64,000 nt of DNA from an uncultured Chloroflexia bacterium (GTDB lineage Bacteria > Chloroflexota > Limnocylindria > Limnocylindrales > CSP1-4). The notes below the pieces were generated by a model. The model was not told where the DNA came from. It was given only the letters and a program-made list of their open reading frames with translations, and did no database searches. How positions within the stretch are numbered: position 1 is the stretch's first letter; every line of letters starts with the position of its first letter. The DNA is taken from contig CAVQKO010000006.1 in the NCBI GenBank assembly GCA_963713075.1, positions 644,408-708,407 of the forward strand, given 5' to 3'. The position numbers and the translations under genes were made by a program. Shown here piece by piece: positions 39,852 through 49,952 of the stretch.

Positions 39852-40820
39852 TCACGCGGCGTAGGCCACCGCCACCACCGGGATCAGCACCAGCGTCGCG
39901 ATCGTCGCCACCGACAGCGTGTCGGTCACGTAGGCGCGCTCGCCATCGTCCGCGCGCGGTCCCAGGTACAGCGGCAGGACGAACGGCGGCGGCAGCACGG
40001 CCATCGTCATCACGGCTGCGCCGAACAGCCGGTCGAGGCCCAGCAGCCCCTCCACCACCAGCCGGTCGAACGCGAGCGCGAGCACGATCCACAGCGCGAG
40101 CCGGACCGCGATCGTCGCGCCCGGCCGGGTCAGCCCACCCGGCCGCAGGGACGTCGTGTAGCCGATGACGACCGCGATGAGCGGCGTCGTGCACGCGCCG
40201 AGCAGCCCGAGCGCCGCGGGGACGGCGCCCAGGATGGGGGAGCCGGCGAGCACGTCGCCGAGGCCCACGAGCCGTCCGGCGACACCGCCCAGGATGGCCA
40301 GGATCACGGGTGTCGTGATGAAGGTGCGCGCCGTTGCGCCCAGACCCGGCCGGACGCCGGTCGACCGGCGGACGACCACGGTCGCGAGCACGAAGAACAC
40401 GAACAGGACCTGGCCGAGGTCGATGATCCCGAAGCGGTACAGCTGGTCCTGCCCGAAGATCCCGCCGTAGATCGCGTAGCCCAGCATGCCCGCCTCGAAG
40501 CCTGTCAGCAGCGGGGCGCCATAGGGCGACCGCTCGCCGACCGGCCGCAGCAGCATCCCCCCGACGGCGAGGACGGCCACGGAACTCAGGAAGACCGCGG
40601 CCACGACCGGCAGGTAGCGCGCTTGGAGGTCGACGTGGAGGAATGTGAGGAACAGTGCTGAGGGCAGCGTGATCGTCAGCACCAGACGCCGGAGGTCGGC
40701 CACCGTGGACGCCGAGAGCCATGCCCGCCGGCGGAGCAGCCAGCCGAGGGCGAACAGCAGCAGGATCGGCAGGACCCGGCCGAGTGCGTCGAGGATCAGG
40801 CCCATGGCGGCGGAGCGCAC
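39852..40820 (-). CDS. AEC-family (auxin-efflux-carrier/malate permease-like) membrane transporter
   Basis: Has about 10 TM helices, with N- and C-terminal halves resembling the AEC fold. Confidence 0.7.
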   Translation of the reverse strand: MRSAAMGLILDALGRVLPILLLFALGWLLRRRAWLSASTVADLRRLVLTITLPSALFLTFLHVDLQARYLPVVAAVFLSSVAVLAVGGMLLRPVGERSPYGAPLLTGFEAGMLGYAIYGGIFGQDQLYRFGIIDLGQVLFVFFVLATVVVRRSTGVRPGLGATARTFITTPVILAILGGVAGRLVGLGDVLAGSPILGAVPAALGLLGACTTPLIAVVIGYTTSLRPGGLTRPGATIAVRLALWIVLALAFDRLVVEGLLGLDRLFGAAVMTMAVLPPPFVLPLYLGPRADDGERAYVTDTLSVATIATLVLIPVVAVAYAA

Positions 40821-40856
40821 GGCCGGCCGTGGCCGACCCCGCGACCACTCGACCTG

Positions 40857-42563
40857 CTAGAAGAGGCCGACGACGTTGCCGTCGGCGTCGATGTCGATGC
40901 GCTCGCCGCCGGGGCGGGAGTTGAGGCCGGGCATCGTGCGCATGTCGCCCAGGATCGGGGTGATGAAGCCCGCGCCCGCGTAGAGGCGGACCTCGCGGAC
41001 GGGGATGCGGAAGCCGGACGGCGCTCCGAGCAGCTTCGCGTCGTGGCTCAGCGAGTACTGCGTCTTGGCCATGCAGACCGGGAGGCCCGCGTAGCCCATC
41101 GCCTCGAACTGGGCGAGCTGCTTGTTGGCGGCCGGGCTGTAGTCCACGCCGTCGGCGCCGTAGATCTTGGTCGCGATGGCCTCGATCTTGCCCTTGAGCG
41201 GCATGTCGTCGGGGTACAGGAGGTGGAAGTCGGGCGAGCCCTCCTCGGCGGCGGCCCAGACGGCCTGCGCCAGGTCCTCGGCGCCGGCCCCGCCGTCGGT
41301 GAAGTGGCGCGCCTCGACCGCGTCGCGAGCGCCGGCCGCGAGGGCGGCCTCGCGGATCGCGGCGATCTCCTCGGCCGTGTCGGTCGGGAAGATGTTGATC
41401 GCCACGACCACGGGCACGCCATAGGAGCGGACGTTCTCGATCTGCTTTCGGAGGTTCGCCGCGCCCCGCCGCACGCCCTCGGGGTTGTTCTCGAGCAGCG
41501 CCGGGTCGAGCGGCTTGCCGGCCACGATCCTGCCCACGCCGCCGTGCATCTTGAGCGCGCGGACCGTGGCCACGATCACGGCCGCGTCGCAGCGCAGGCC
41601 CGACGCGCGGCACTTGATGTCGAAGAACTTCTCGGCGCCCATGTCGGCCCCGAAGCCGGCCTCGGTCACCAGCACGTCCGAGCCGGCGAGCGCCGCGCGG
41701 TCCGCGATGATGCTGTTGTTGCCGTGGGCGATGTTGGCGAACGGGCCGCAGTGGACGAACGCGGGGCCGCCCTCGAGGGTCTGCATGAGGTTGGGCTTGA
41801 GCGCGTCCTTGAGCAGGACCGCCATCGAGCCCGCCACCCTGAGGTCCTCGGCGGTGATGGGCGTGCCGTCGCGCCTGGTGGCCAGGACGATCCGGCCGAG
41901 GCGGGCGCGCAGGTCCCGCAGGTCCTTGGCCAGGGCGAGGATCGCCATGACCTCGGACGCGACGGTGATCACGAACGACGTCTGGCGGGGGTAGCCGTTG
42001 TCCTTGCCGCCGAGGCCCACCACGATGTCGCGCAGGGCGCGGTCGCTGATGTCCACGACGCGCGGCCAGAGGATGTCGTTGGCGTCGATGCCGAGCTCGT
42101 TGCCGTGGTGGACGTGGTTGTCGATGAACGCGGCCGCGAGGTTGTGCGCCGCGCCGATCGCGTGCGTGTCGCCGGTCAGGTGGAGGTTGAAGTCCTCCAT
42201 CGGGATGACCTGGCTGTAGCCGCCGCCGGCCGCGCCGCCCTTGATCCCGAACACCGGGCCGAGCGACGGCTGGCGGAGCGCCACGGTGGCCTTCTTGCCG
42301 ATCCGGTTGAGACCCTGGGCGAGGCCGACCGTCGTGGTGCTCTTGCCCTCGCCCAGCGGGGTGGGGGAGATGGCCGTCACCAGCACGTACTTGCCCCGCG
42401 GGCGTTCGCGCTCAAGCCGCTCGATGCCCGCGACGGTGATCTTGGCCTTCGTGCTCCCGTAGAGCTCGACCTCGTCGTCGTGGTACCCCAGCTCGTGGGC
42501 CACCTCGACGATGGGCCGGGGCTTGACCGAGCGGGCGATCTCAAGGTCGGACGGGAACGACAT
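40857..42563 (-). CDS. fhs: Formate--tetrahydrofolate ligase
   Basis: Has the TPLGEGKSTTTVGL P-loop and is 568 aa. Its start abuts the folD stop. Confidence 0.9.
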   Translation of the reverse strand: MSFPSDLEIARSVKPRPIVEVAHELGYHDDEVELYGSTKAKITVAGIERLERERPRGKYVLVTAISPTPLGEGKSTTTVGLAQGLNRIGKKATVALRQPSLGPVFGIKGGAAGGGYSQVIPMEDFNLHLTGDTHAIGAAHNLAAAFIDNHVHHGNELGIDANDILWPRVVDISDRALRDIVVGLGGKDNGYPRQTSFVITVASEVMAILALAKDLRDLRARLGRIVLATRRDGTPITAEDLRVAGSMAVLLKDALKPNLMQTLEGGPAFVHCGPFANIAHGNNSIIADRAALAGSDVLVTEAGFGADMGAEKFFDIKCRASGLRCDAAVIVATVRALKMHGGVGRIVAGKPLDPALLENNPEGVRRGAANLRKQIENVRSYGVPVVVAINIFPTDTAEEIAAIREAALAAGARDAVEARHFTDGGAGAEDLAQAVWAAAEEGSPDFHLLYPDDMPLKGKIEAIATKIYGADGVDYSPAANKQLAQFEAMGYAGLPVCMAKTQYSLSHDAKLLGAPSGFRIPVREVRLYAGAGFITPILGDMRTMPGLNSRPGGERIDIDADGNVVGLF

Positions 42564-43487
42564 CTACTTGGCCTCCAGAACAGGGACTGCAAGGGAGTGG
42601 GCGCCCAGCGGGATCGTGCCTGTGGCCTTCGCCCGGGCCGCCTGGACCAGGTGCGTGAGCAGGATGGCGTTGGTGAGCGGTCCGACGCCGCCGGGGACTG
42701 GGGTGATCGCGAAGGCCACGCGCGCCGCGCTCTCGAAGTGGACGTCGCCGACGAGCTTGCCGTCGACGACGTTGATGCCGACGTCCACGACGACGGCGCC
42801 GGGCTTGAGCATGTCGCCGGTGATGAAGTTCGCCTTGCCGATGGCGACGATGACGATGTCCGCCGTGGCGAGGATGGCCGGCAGGTCCTGCGTCTTGCTG
42901 TGGCAGACGGTCACAGTGGCGTTCTCGCGCAGCATGAGCATCGCCGCCGGCTTGCCGATCACGTTGGAGCGCCCCACGACCACGCAGTGCTTGCCCGCGA
43001 TGGGGATCCCCGAGTGCTTGAGGATCTCGACGCTCGCGTGCGCGGTGGCCGGCAGGAACCCGTCGTAGCCGAGCGAGAGGAGCCCCGCGTTGAGCGGGTG
43101 GATGCCGTCGATGTCGCGCGTCGGGTCGAGCGTGTCGATCACCGCCCGCAGGCCGATCCCCTTGGGCAGGGGCTGCTGGACGATGATGCCGGCGACCGTG
43201 GGGTCGGCCTGGAGGTCCTCGAGGGCCCGGCTGACGTCGGCCTCCGTCGAGTCCGCGGGGAGCTCCACGAGCCGGTCGCCGATGCCCACTAGGCGGCAGC
43301 CGTCGAGGATCTTGTGCAGGTAGACGAGCGAGGGCGCGTCGGCGCCGACGACCAGCACCGCGAGCGTGGGCTGGAAGCCGAAGTCGCCCTTGAACGCGGC
43401 CACGTCCGCCGCCACCTGCTCGCGGATGGCGGTCGCCACCGGGCCTCCCCGCAGCAGCCGCGGGCCTTCGTCCATCAAGCCGGTCAT
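42564..43487 (-). CDS. folD: Bifunctional 5,10-methylene-THF dehydrogenase / 5,10-methenyl-THF cyclohydrolase
   Basis: Has the FolD fold with GRSNVIGKP and an IIVQQPLP-type motif. ATG at 43487 is preceded by a GAGGGA RBS. It is directly upstream of, and coupled to, fhs. Confidence 0.9.
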   Translation of the reverse strand: MTGLMDEGPRLLRGGPVATAIREQVAADVAAFKGDFGFQPTLAVLVVGADAPSLVYLHKILDGCRLVGIGDRLVELPADSTEADVSRALEDLQADPTVAGIIVQQPLPKGIGLRAVIDTLDPTRDIDGIHPLNAGLLSLGYDGFLPATAHASVEILKHSGIPIAGKHCVVVGRSNVIGKPAAMLMLRENATVTVCHSKTQDLPAILATADIVIVAIGKANFITGDMLKPGAVVVDVGINVVDGKLVGDVHFESAARVAFAITPVPGGVGPLTNAILLTHLVQAARAKATGTIPLGAHSLAVPVLEAK

Positions 43488-43617
43488 GCGTCCCTCGTCG
43501 GTTCCGCCCGGGGTCGGCCCGGCGCCGGGCGCCCAGTGTCGCACCGGACGGCCCGGTCGAGCCGAGCCATCCGGCAGGTTGTTGACAGTTTACCGTCCCC
43601 GCCAGCGGACACGCCGG

Positions 43618-44181
43618 CTATCGCGCCACGCGGTAGCGGAGGTAGACGACCTTCGAGTTGAAGGTGCGGGTCTCCACGAGTTCCAGATCCACTCCCCGCC
43701 CGCGCTGCGGGAAGTACGGGGTGCCGCCGCCAGCGAGCACCGGGTAGACCCTGAGCCGGTACTCGTCGACGAGGCCCAACGCGGCTGCCTCGGCGGCGAG
43801 CGTCGCGCCGCCGATCGCGATGTCGCCCTCGCCCGGCTCCGCTCGCAGGCGCTCGATCTCCTCCGCGAGGCCGCCGGAGGCCAGGCGGGCATTGCCCTGC
43901 ACCGCGGACAGCGTGGTGGAGAACACCACCTTCGGCAGCGCCTTCCAGATCGCGGCCCACTCGAGTTCTGCAGAGTCGAATGGTGGATCCTGGTCAGTCG
44001 TCTCCCAGTACAGCATCGTCTCGTACAGCCGTCGCCCCAGCAGGTGGGCGCTGACCCCTCGGATCTCGTCGGTCACGAAGCGGAAGACCTCCTCGTCGGG
44101 CGGCGGCGCAGTGATCTCGCCGTCCGGCCCGACGATGTAGCCGTCGAGCGAGACGCCCATCGAAAAGGTCACGCTGCGCAT
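43618..44181 (-). CDS. Dihydrofolate-reductase-like protein (RibD C-terminal domain family)
   Basis: The MRSVTFSMGVSLDGYI…GRRLYE…GGATL pattern matches the DHFR/RibD_C reductase fold. The product is 187 aa. Confidence 0.75.
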   Translation of the reverse strand: MRSVTFSMGVSLDGYIVGPDGEITAPPPDEEVFRFVTDEIRGVSAHLLGRRLYETMLYWETTDQDPPFDSAELEWAAIWKALPKVVFSTTLSAVQGNARLASGGLAEEIERLRAEPGEGDIAIGGATLAAEAAALGLVDEYRLRVYPVLAGGGTPYFPQRGRGVDLELVETRTFNSKVVYLRYRVAR

Positions 44182-44319
44182 CTGATGTCCTCCTTGGTAA
44201 CGGGCTCGACAATACTGCCGGGCCCGCAGGATTCATCCTGACCGCGTACCGGGCGGGCGAGCTCGGCGGCGACTGGGCCCCATCGATCCAGCGCGGTCGC
44301 CGGCCCGGGGGCGGTCCCG

Positions 44320-46626
44320 TCAGGCGGGCGGCGCGCCGCCTCGGCCGACGGGCGGCGGTGGAGCGGCGAGGGCTCCCGACGGCGTGGGCGGCACCGGCGG
44401 GATCGTCGTGGCGGGCGGGAGGAGCGGCATCAGCGGCTGCGGCGAAACGAGCCGGGGTGGTGGCGGCGGGCCGAGGGTCCCGGTCGCGCGGAGGGCGATG
44501 AGCCAGTCGGGGGGCGGCGGCGGCATGACCGGGCGACTCCCCGCGTGGACCATGACCCGGATCGGCGCGCTTGCCACGGGCGCGGCCGTGCCGTCCGGCC
44601 CCGCCCCGGGCCCCGACACGAGCGCGGCGAGACGCCGGCGCGGCCGCCGCCGGACCCGCGAGACGACCACGAGGCCCACGATGACCGCGAGGTTGAACAG
44701 CACGATCGACCCGAGCGCCAGGCGGTTCTCGCCCTCGACCTCGTAACGGGCGAGCTCGGCCCGCAGGTGGGCGGCCGCCGCCTCGGCTGCAGCCGGGTTT
44801 CCGGCGCCGACCGCCGCCTCGGCCTCGGCCAGGGTGGGCGACTTGGACCCGAGCGAGCCCAGCCATGCGACGAAGCCGAGCGGGCTCTGGAGCGGCGCGA
44901 TCGCCGCAGCCACGTCGCGCGCCGCGTCGAGCTGGGCCCGGGCCATCGCGAGGACCGCGTCGAGGTCGTCGGGTGTCGCCGCCGCCTGCCACTCCGCCCG
45001 GAGGGGCCCCGACGTGGTGTTCGATCCGGGGACAAGCCGCCCCGCCTGGACGACATCGTCGTACGCCTCCTTGGCCGTCGCGATGGCTGCCTGCGCCTGC
45101 GTGAACTGCCATGCGGAGAGCGGGTTGCGCACCGCCATCGGCACCGTCCACGGCGCGGTGTGGCCGATGAGGTCGTGGTACGCGGAGCGGGCCACAAGGC
45201 GCGCCTGCAGCGTGGCGGTGTCGCTCGTGACGCCGTACCTGAGCAGCAGGCTCCCTGCCAGCGCGTCGGGGCCGTGCTGCGGGTAGACCCCGAGCTCGTC
45301 GAACGCGTCGAGCCAGGCCTGCCACGTCGCGGCCCCGGTTCGGCTGGACTGGCTGGCCCCGTACGGGTCGCGATGGTCGAACAGGGCGGCGAGGGCGGCC
45401 CGGGTCCCGTCGGGCCCGGCCGCACGGGCAACGAGCGTCACCACGTTGCACGCGGTGTCGTACTCGTCCCACGCCGCTTGCTGCTGCGCCGGCGTGTATC
45501 CGGGGTCGAGGTACGTCCATGTGCGCAGGGTCTGCTTGCCGGCGCCTGGCGGCACGGTGAGGCAGGGCGGCTCATCGGGGACCACCGACCGGGCTGCCCA
45601 CTCCGCCGACCCCTCGTACAGCCAGACCGGCAGCTCCGTCTTGGCGTTGAACCAGGCGTGGGAGAGCTCGTGGGCGACGGTGGTGCCGCTGTCGGCGGGG
45701 GTGTCGGTCGTGAGGAACTCGCTGAGCGCGATCTCGTTGGCGGCGGCCCCGTACTGGCCCTCGTAGCCGGGCGGCACGAACGCCTCGCGCACCGTCAGGC
45801 CGAGGATGTTGGGCAGCGGCCGCCCGATGAGGGTGACGAGGGAGGGGATGGAGGTCTGGAGGGCGGCAGTGACGCGCGACTCCCATTCGGTGTCGCCCGG
45901 CCAGGAGCGCAGCGTCACCGCGCCGCCACCGGTGGAGATGACAGCGACCCGGTCCTGTCCGGGGTCGATGAGGTAGAGGCACGTGCTCCAGGTGTCCGGT
46001 GATGGCAGGACGCCACTGCGCAGGACGAGTTGGTCGCCGTCGGTCGACGGGCTGAACGGCTGAAGGCTGCTGAATGCCCGGTCGAGCCGGTAGCGGTCCG
46101 GGGCGACGACGTCGACCTCGCCGTCCGTCTGGCCGGACCCGTGGACGCAGAGGTGGATCGCGTCGGCGAGCACCCGGGTGGAGGCCTCGGAGCGGATGCC
46201 GCCATCGGGGAGCGTGTACGTCACCTTGACGCGGCGCAGCGCGGCGGCGCGGTATGCCGGCACGTCGACGCTGATCTGGTGGTACCCGAGGGGATCGAGG
46301 ACCGGGGTGTCCGGCGGCGCCCAGTCCAGCGTGGTCGACCCGAACGCCGCATGGACGTCGGTCGCGGTGTTCTCGACCCACAGGTCCACCTTCTCGGCGC
46401 GGACGCTGGCCTGCTTGGCCGACCCAGGGTCACTGAACACCTCGGCGGCCGCCTCGGGAACGAGGTCGACGAGGACGGCCACCTGGCGGTGCTCCGGGTC
46501 AACGGTATACGTGGTGATCGACCGGTAGCCTGCCGACACCGCTGCGGCCGGGACGGGCAAGCCGGGAGCGAGCGCGAGCGCGGCGAGCAGGAGCGCGCCT
46601 CCCACTCCAGCCAGCACCGACCGCAT
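44320..46626 (-). CDS. Membrane-anchored zinc metallopeptidase (gluzincin HEXXH…E) with a Pro-rich C-terminal tail
   Basis: A signal peptide (MRSVLAGVGGALLLAALALA) from ATG 46624-46626 is followed by HELSHAWFN…EGSAEW (HEXXH+18E). A C-terminal TM helix (IVLFNLAVIVGLVVV) precedes a PPPPP-rich tail. Confidence 0.65.
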   Translation of the reverse strand: MRSVLAGVGGALLLAALALAPGLPVPAAAVSAGYRSITTYTVDPEHRQVAVLVDLVPEAAAEVFSDPGSAKQASVRAEKVDLWVENTATDVHAAFGSTTLDWAPPDTPVLDPLGYHQISVDVPAYRAAALRRVKVTYTLPDGGIRSEASTRVLADAIHLCVHGSGQTDGEVDVVAPDRYRLDRAFSSLQPFSPSTDGDQLVLRSGVLPSPDTWSTCLYLIDPGQDRVAVISTGGGAVTLRSWPGDTEWESRVTAALQTSIPSLVTLIGRPLPNILGLTVREAFVPPGYEGQYGAAANEIALSEFLTTDTPADSGTTVAHELSHAWFNAKTELPVWLYEGSAEWAARSVVPDEPPCLTVPPGAGKQTLRTWTYLDPGYTPAQQQAAWDEYDTACNVVTLVARAAGPDGTRAALAALFDHRDPYGASQSSRTGAATWQAWLDAFDELGVYPQHGPDALAGSLLLRYGVTSDTATLQARLVARSAYHDLIGHTAPWTVPMAVRNPLSAWQFTQAQAAIATAKEAYDDVVQAGRLVPGSNTTSGPLRAEWQAAATPDDLDAVLAMARAQLDAARDVAAAIAPLQSPLGFVAWLGSLGSKSPTLAEAEAAVGAGNPAAAEAAAAHLRAELARYEVEGENRLALGSIVLFNLAVIVGLVVVSRVRRRPRRRLAALVSGPGAGPDGTAAPVASAPIRVMVHAGSRPVMPPPPPDWLIALRATGTLGPPPPPRLVSPQPLMPLLPPATTIPPVPPTPSGALAAPPPPVGRGGAPPA

Positions 46627-46741
46627 CGACACGCACGGACCCCCACTGCGACGCCCATCGGCGTCACCCGCCACCATAGCCGCCACCACGCGCGCCTGCC
46701 CATCCCCGATGATGCGGGGAACCGCACCCGGGAGTCCGCCG

Positions 46742-48139
46742 ATGCTCGACACTGACCAGACCACCAGCCCCGGCCTCGAAGCCGCGATCGCACGCGGCCG
46801 TGAGACGGCCGAGCGCGAGGAACGCGCCCGGGCAGCCGCCCGCGCGCGACGCTTCGACACGATCGCCGTCCACGGCCTCTACGACCACCTCGCGGCGGCC
46901 GCCAACCAGGGCGCGATCATCGAGCCCGCCTACCTCGCCCCCGCCCAGCACTTCGCCGACAGCGACGAGCTCGAGGCGGCGCTCGGCTACCTGATGCCCG
47001 CCTGGGGCTACACGCGGATCGCGAACCCCACGACCCACTACCTCGAGGAGACGCTCGCCCTGCTCGAGGCGTACGGCACGGGTCTCACCGCCTCCACGGC
47101 CACGACCGGGTCCGGCATGGCGGCGGTCCACCTGGCGACCAGCGCCCTGCTGGCCGCGGACCCCGCACGGCCGGGCTCGGTGCCCAACCTGGTGGCGTCC
47201 GCGAAGTGCTACGGCGGCACGTTCATGCTGTTCACGCGCTACGCGACCGAGCGGGGGATCGGCGTGCGCTGGATCGCGGACCCGCTCGACGCGGACGCGT
47301 GGGCAGCGTCGATCGACGAGGACACCCGGTTCCTCTACGCGGAGGTGCCATCGAACCCGGCGGTCGCGGTGGCCGACATCCCGGCGCTCGCCGCGCTGGC
47401 CCACGGGCACGGCATCCCGCTGCTCGTGGACTCGACCGTCGCCACGCCGGCCTGCCTCCGGCCGCTCGGCCTCGGTGCGGACGCCGTGATCCACTCGCTC
47501 TCCAAGGCGATCGGCGGGTCGGGGCTGGCGATCGCCGGGGCGGTGACGGCGCGCCACGACATCCCGGTGCGCGTGGGCCCGGACGAGCTGCGCGCGGACT
47601 TCGCGACGCACCTCAAGCTGCTCCCGGGACGGGACCTCGGGGCGGCGCTCTCGCCGTTGTCCGCGCTCGTGCTGCTGTCCGACCTGCGCACGCTGCGCAC
47701 CCGGATGGACCGCTGGAGCCGGTCAACCCACACGGTGTCAGAGTTCCTCGAGGCGCATCCGGCGGTGGCGCGCGTCTGGTACCCGGGCCTGGCGTCGCAC
47801 CCGGGGCACGTCGTCGCGGCACGCGACTTCTCGCTCGCGGACGGGGACGCCGATGGGCGGCCGGCCGCCCGGTACGGGTCGCTGCTCGCGTTCGGGCTCA
47901 AGGGCGGGTTGCCAGCGGCGCGCCGCATGTACGACCGGCTGGAGCTGGTCTTCCGCGCCACGGATCTCGGCCGGGTCAAGAGCGTCGCCACGATCCCGTC
48001 CATCTCCACGCACCAGCAGCAGGGGGACGCAGGGCGCGCGACGGCCGACATCGACCCGGGCCTGGTGCGGCTCTCGGTCGGCGGCGAGCACCCTGACGAC
48101 GTGATCGCGGACCTCGCCCAGGCGCTCGAGCCTCGCTAG
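46742..48139 (+). CDS. PLP-dependent Cys/Met-metabolism enzyme (O-acetylhomoserine sulfhydrylase / gamma-lyase family)
   Basis: Has the SLSKAIGG lysine motif and the characteristic length and fold. The upstream extension to 46709 overlaps the peptidase start. Confidence 0.8.
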   Translation: MLDTDQTTSPGLEAAIARGRETAEREERARAAARARRFDTIAVHGLYDHLAAAANQGAIIEPAYLAPAQHFADSDELEAALGYLMPAWGYTRIANPTTHYLEETLALLEAYGTGLTASTATTGSGMAAVHLATSALLAADPARPGSVPNLVASAKCYGGTFMLFTRYATERGIGVRWIADPLDADAWAASIDEDTRFLYAEVPSNPAVAVADIPALAALAHGHGIPLLVDSTVATPACLRPLGLGADAVIHSLSKAIGGSGLAIAGAVTARHDIPVRVGPDELRADFATHLKLLPGRDLGAALSPLSALVLLSDLRTLRTRMDRWSRSTHTVSEFLEAHPAVARVWYPGLASHPGHVVAARDFSLADGDADGRPAARYGSLLAFGLKGGLPAARRMYDRLELVFRATDLGRVKSVATIPSISTHQQQGDAGRATADIDPGLVRLSVGGEHPDDVIADLAQALEPR

Positions 48140-48204
48140 GGCTGGTGCCCGGCGCTGAGCCACTGGCGGTCAGCTCGGCAGCGGGTTCTCTGATCCATCC
48201 GGCC

Positions 48205-49044
48205 CTACGGCGCCGAGACGTGGTCTGCCCAGTGGTGGGCCGGGGCGTAGCCGAGCACCTGTCGCGCCCGGTCGATCGAGAGCAGGGTCTCGCGGCCATG
48301 GAGCTCGCGGCGCACGGGCACGGCCGGGAACACCTCGGCCATCAGGTCCGCCGAGTCGCGGGTCATCACCGTGTCGTCCGCGGCCACGATGCAGACCTCC
48401 GCCCCGACGACGTCAGCCGAGAGGCCGAGCCGGCACGCCTGGGCGACGTCCCGGGCGTCGACATACCCCCACAGGTTCCACTTCCGCAGCTGTGCGTCGG
48501 CCCAGTACGCGGGGAACGCGGCGTAGTCATCGGGCTCCATGATGTTCGAGATCCGCAGGCCCACATGCGGGACGCCCGTCCGCCGCGCGAACTGCGCGGC
48601 CATCGTCTCGCTCGCGAGCTTCGACAGCGCGTACGAGCTCTCCGGCCGCGGCTCGATCGTCTCGTCGACCGGTGCGAAGAGCGGCGGGGTGTCGAACGGG
48701 AGGCCCAGCACCGTCTCGCTCGATGCCCAGACGACGCGACCCAGCCCGTTCGCCTCGGCGGCCGCGAACACGTTGTAGGTCGACGTGGCGTTGATCCGGA
48801 ACGTGTCTGCGGCGGGCCGGATGCCCGGGGCTGGGATGGCGGCCAGGTGGACGACGGCGTCGGCGCCGGCCAGCACCTCGACCGCCTGGCCGTAGTCGGT
48901 CAGGTCCGCGATCCTGCACCGGTCGTCCCACTCCCACGGGTCGTGCCGCAGATCCACGGACAGGACGCTGTGCCCGTGCTCGCGCAGGTCGCGCACGACC
49001 CATCGACCCGCCTTGCCGTTGCCGCCGGTGACCGCGATCCGCAT
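48205..49044 (-). CDS. NAD-dependent epimerase/dehydratase family protein
   Basis: Rossmann N-terminus MRIAVTGGNGKAG. ATG at 49042-49044. Confidence 0.8.
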   Translation of the reverse strand: MRIAVTGGNGKAGRWVVRDLREHGHSVLSVDLRHDPWEWDDRCRIADLTDYGQAVEVLAGADAVVHLAAIPAPGIRPAADTFRINATSTYNVFAAAEANGLGRVVWASSETVLGLPFDTPPLFAPVDETIEPRPESSYALSKLASETMAAQFARRTGVPHVGLRISNIMEPDDYAAFPAYWADAQLRKWNLWGYVDARDVAQACRLGLSADVVGAEVCIVAADDTVMTRDSADLMAEVFPAVPVRRELHGRETLLSIDRARQVLGYAPAHHWADHVSAP

Positions 49045-49151
49045 TCCGAGCCTCCTACCGCTGCTGCACGGACATTGTGGGCCGGGCGGGAAATGGAGCG
49101 GCGGGCGGGGCACGAGGCCCGACACCCGCCGCTCACCCGGAGAGGGATGGC

Positions 49152-49952
49152 TCAGCCGATGAGGAACGACACCTGCACGTCGATCGTGACGTCGGTCGAG
49201 CCCGCCTGGACGGGCGTCGCGGCCTTGTCGGGGACGGCGCCCGCGGCCGCGTTGGCGTATGACGGGGCGTACCAGACCGGCGTGGAGACCTGCTCGGAGA
49301 CCGCCGAGACGCCGGTGATCGCGAGGCCGAGCGTCTTCGCGTAGACATCGGCCTTGGCGCGCGCGTCCTTGGCGGCCGCCTCGCGGGCCTGCGCCTCGAT
49401 CGACGTCCGATCGGCGACATCAAAGCTGATGCCGTCGACGGTGGTGGCGCCAGCGGCCACGGCGTTGTCGACGACATCGGACAGCTTGCTCAGGTCGCGC
49501 ACGGTGACCGCGACCTGGTTGGTCAGCTGGTAGCCGCGCAGGACGGCGCTCGCGTTGGGCGGGTAGTCGTAGACCGCGTTGAGCGACACCTGTGTCGTCT
49601 TGACGTCCTTGTCGTCGATGCCCAGCTTCTTGAGCGCGGCGACGACGTTCGTCATCGCGGTTGCCGCCGCGTCGCGGGCCGCCTTGGCCGTGGGCTTCTG
49701 GATCTGCACGCCGAGCTGCACGTGGGCGAGGTCCGGCGTGACGGTGACCTTGCCCTCGCCGCCGACGGTGATCAGGTGCTCGGGCGCGGTCGTGTCGCCG
49801 GCGGCGGCGGCGGGCGTCGCGTACTGCCGCGGCGCGGCCACGTTCGCGAGCACCGGGCCTGCGATCAGCCCGACCGCCAGTGCCGCCACGGCGACGACGG
49901 CGAAACGGATCCCGGTGGAGCGGCCGCCGCCGCCAGTGGTCGTGGTGTCCAT
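49152..49952 (-). CDS. SIMPL (DUF541) domain periplasmic protein
   Basis: Signal/TM segment (IRFAVVAVAALAVGLIAG), SIMPL-like KVTVTPD…QLG…V core, 266 aa. Confidence 0.7.
   Translation of the reverse strand: MDTTTTGGGGRSTGIRFAVVAVAALAVGLIAGPVLANVAAPRQYATPAAAAGDTTAPEHLITVGGEGKVTVTPDLAHVQLGVQIQKPTAKAARDAAATAMTNVVAALKKLGIDDKDVKTTQVSLNAVYDYPPNASAVLRGYQLTNQVAVTVRDLSKLSDVVDNAVAAGATTVDGISFDVADRTSIEAQAREAAAKDARAKADVYAKTLGLAITGVSAVSEQVSTPVWYAPSYANAAAGAVPDKAATPVQAGSTDVTIDVQVSFLIG

Noticed and set aside
38581-43292. 1010-aa and 749-aa ORFs spanning the isomerase, AEC, fhs and folD region on opposite strands
   Set aside because: They run antisense to strongly supported genes (fhs, folD) and show no motifs.
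13981-43600. Shared 11-mer GTTGTTGACAG at 13985 and 43578 (TTGACA-like)
   Set aside because: There are only two copies, both in convergent or terminator-side intergenic regions with no downstream gene in the right orientation. This is probably chance.
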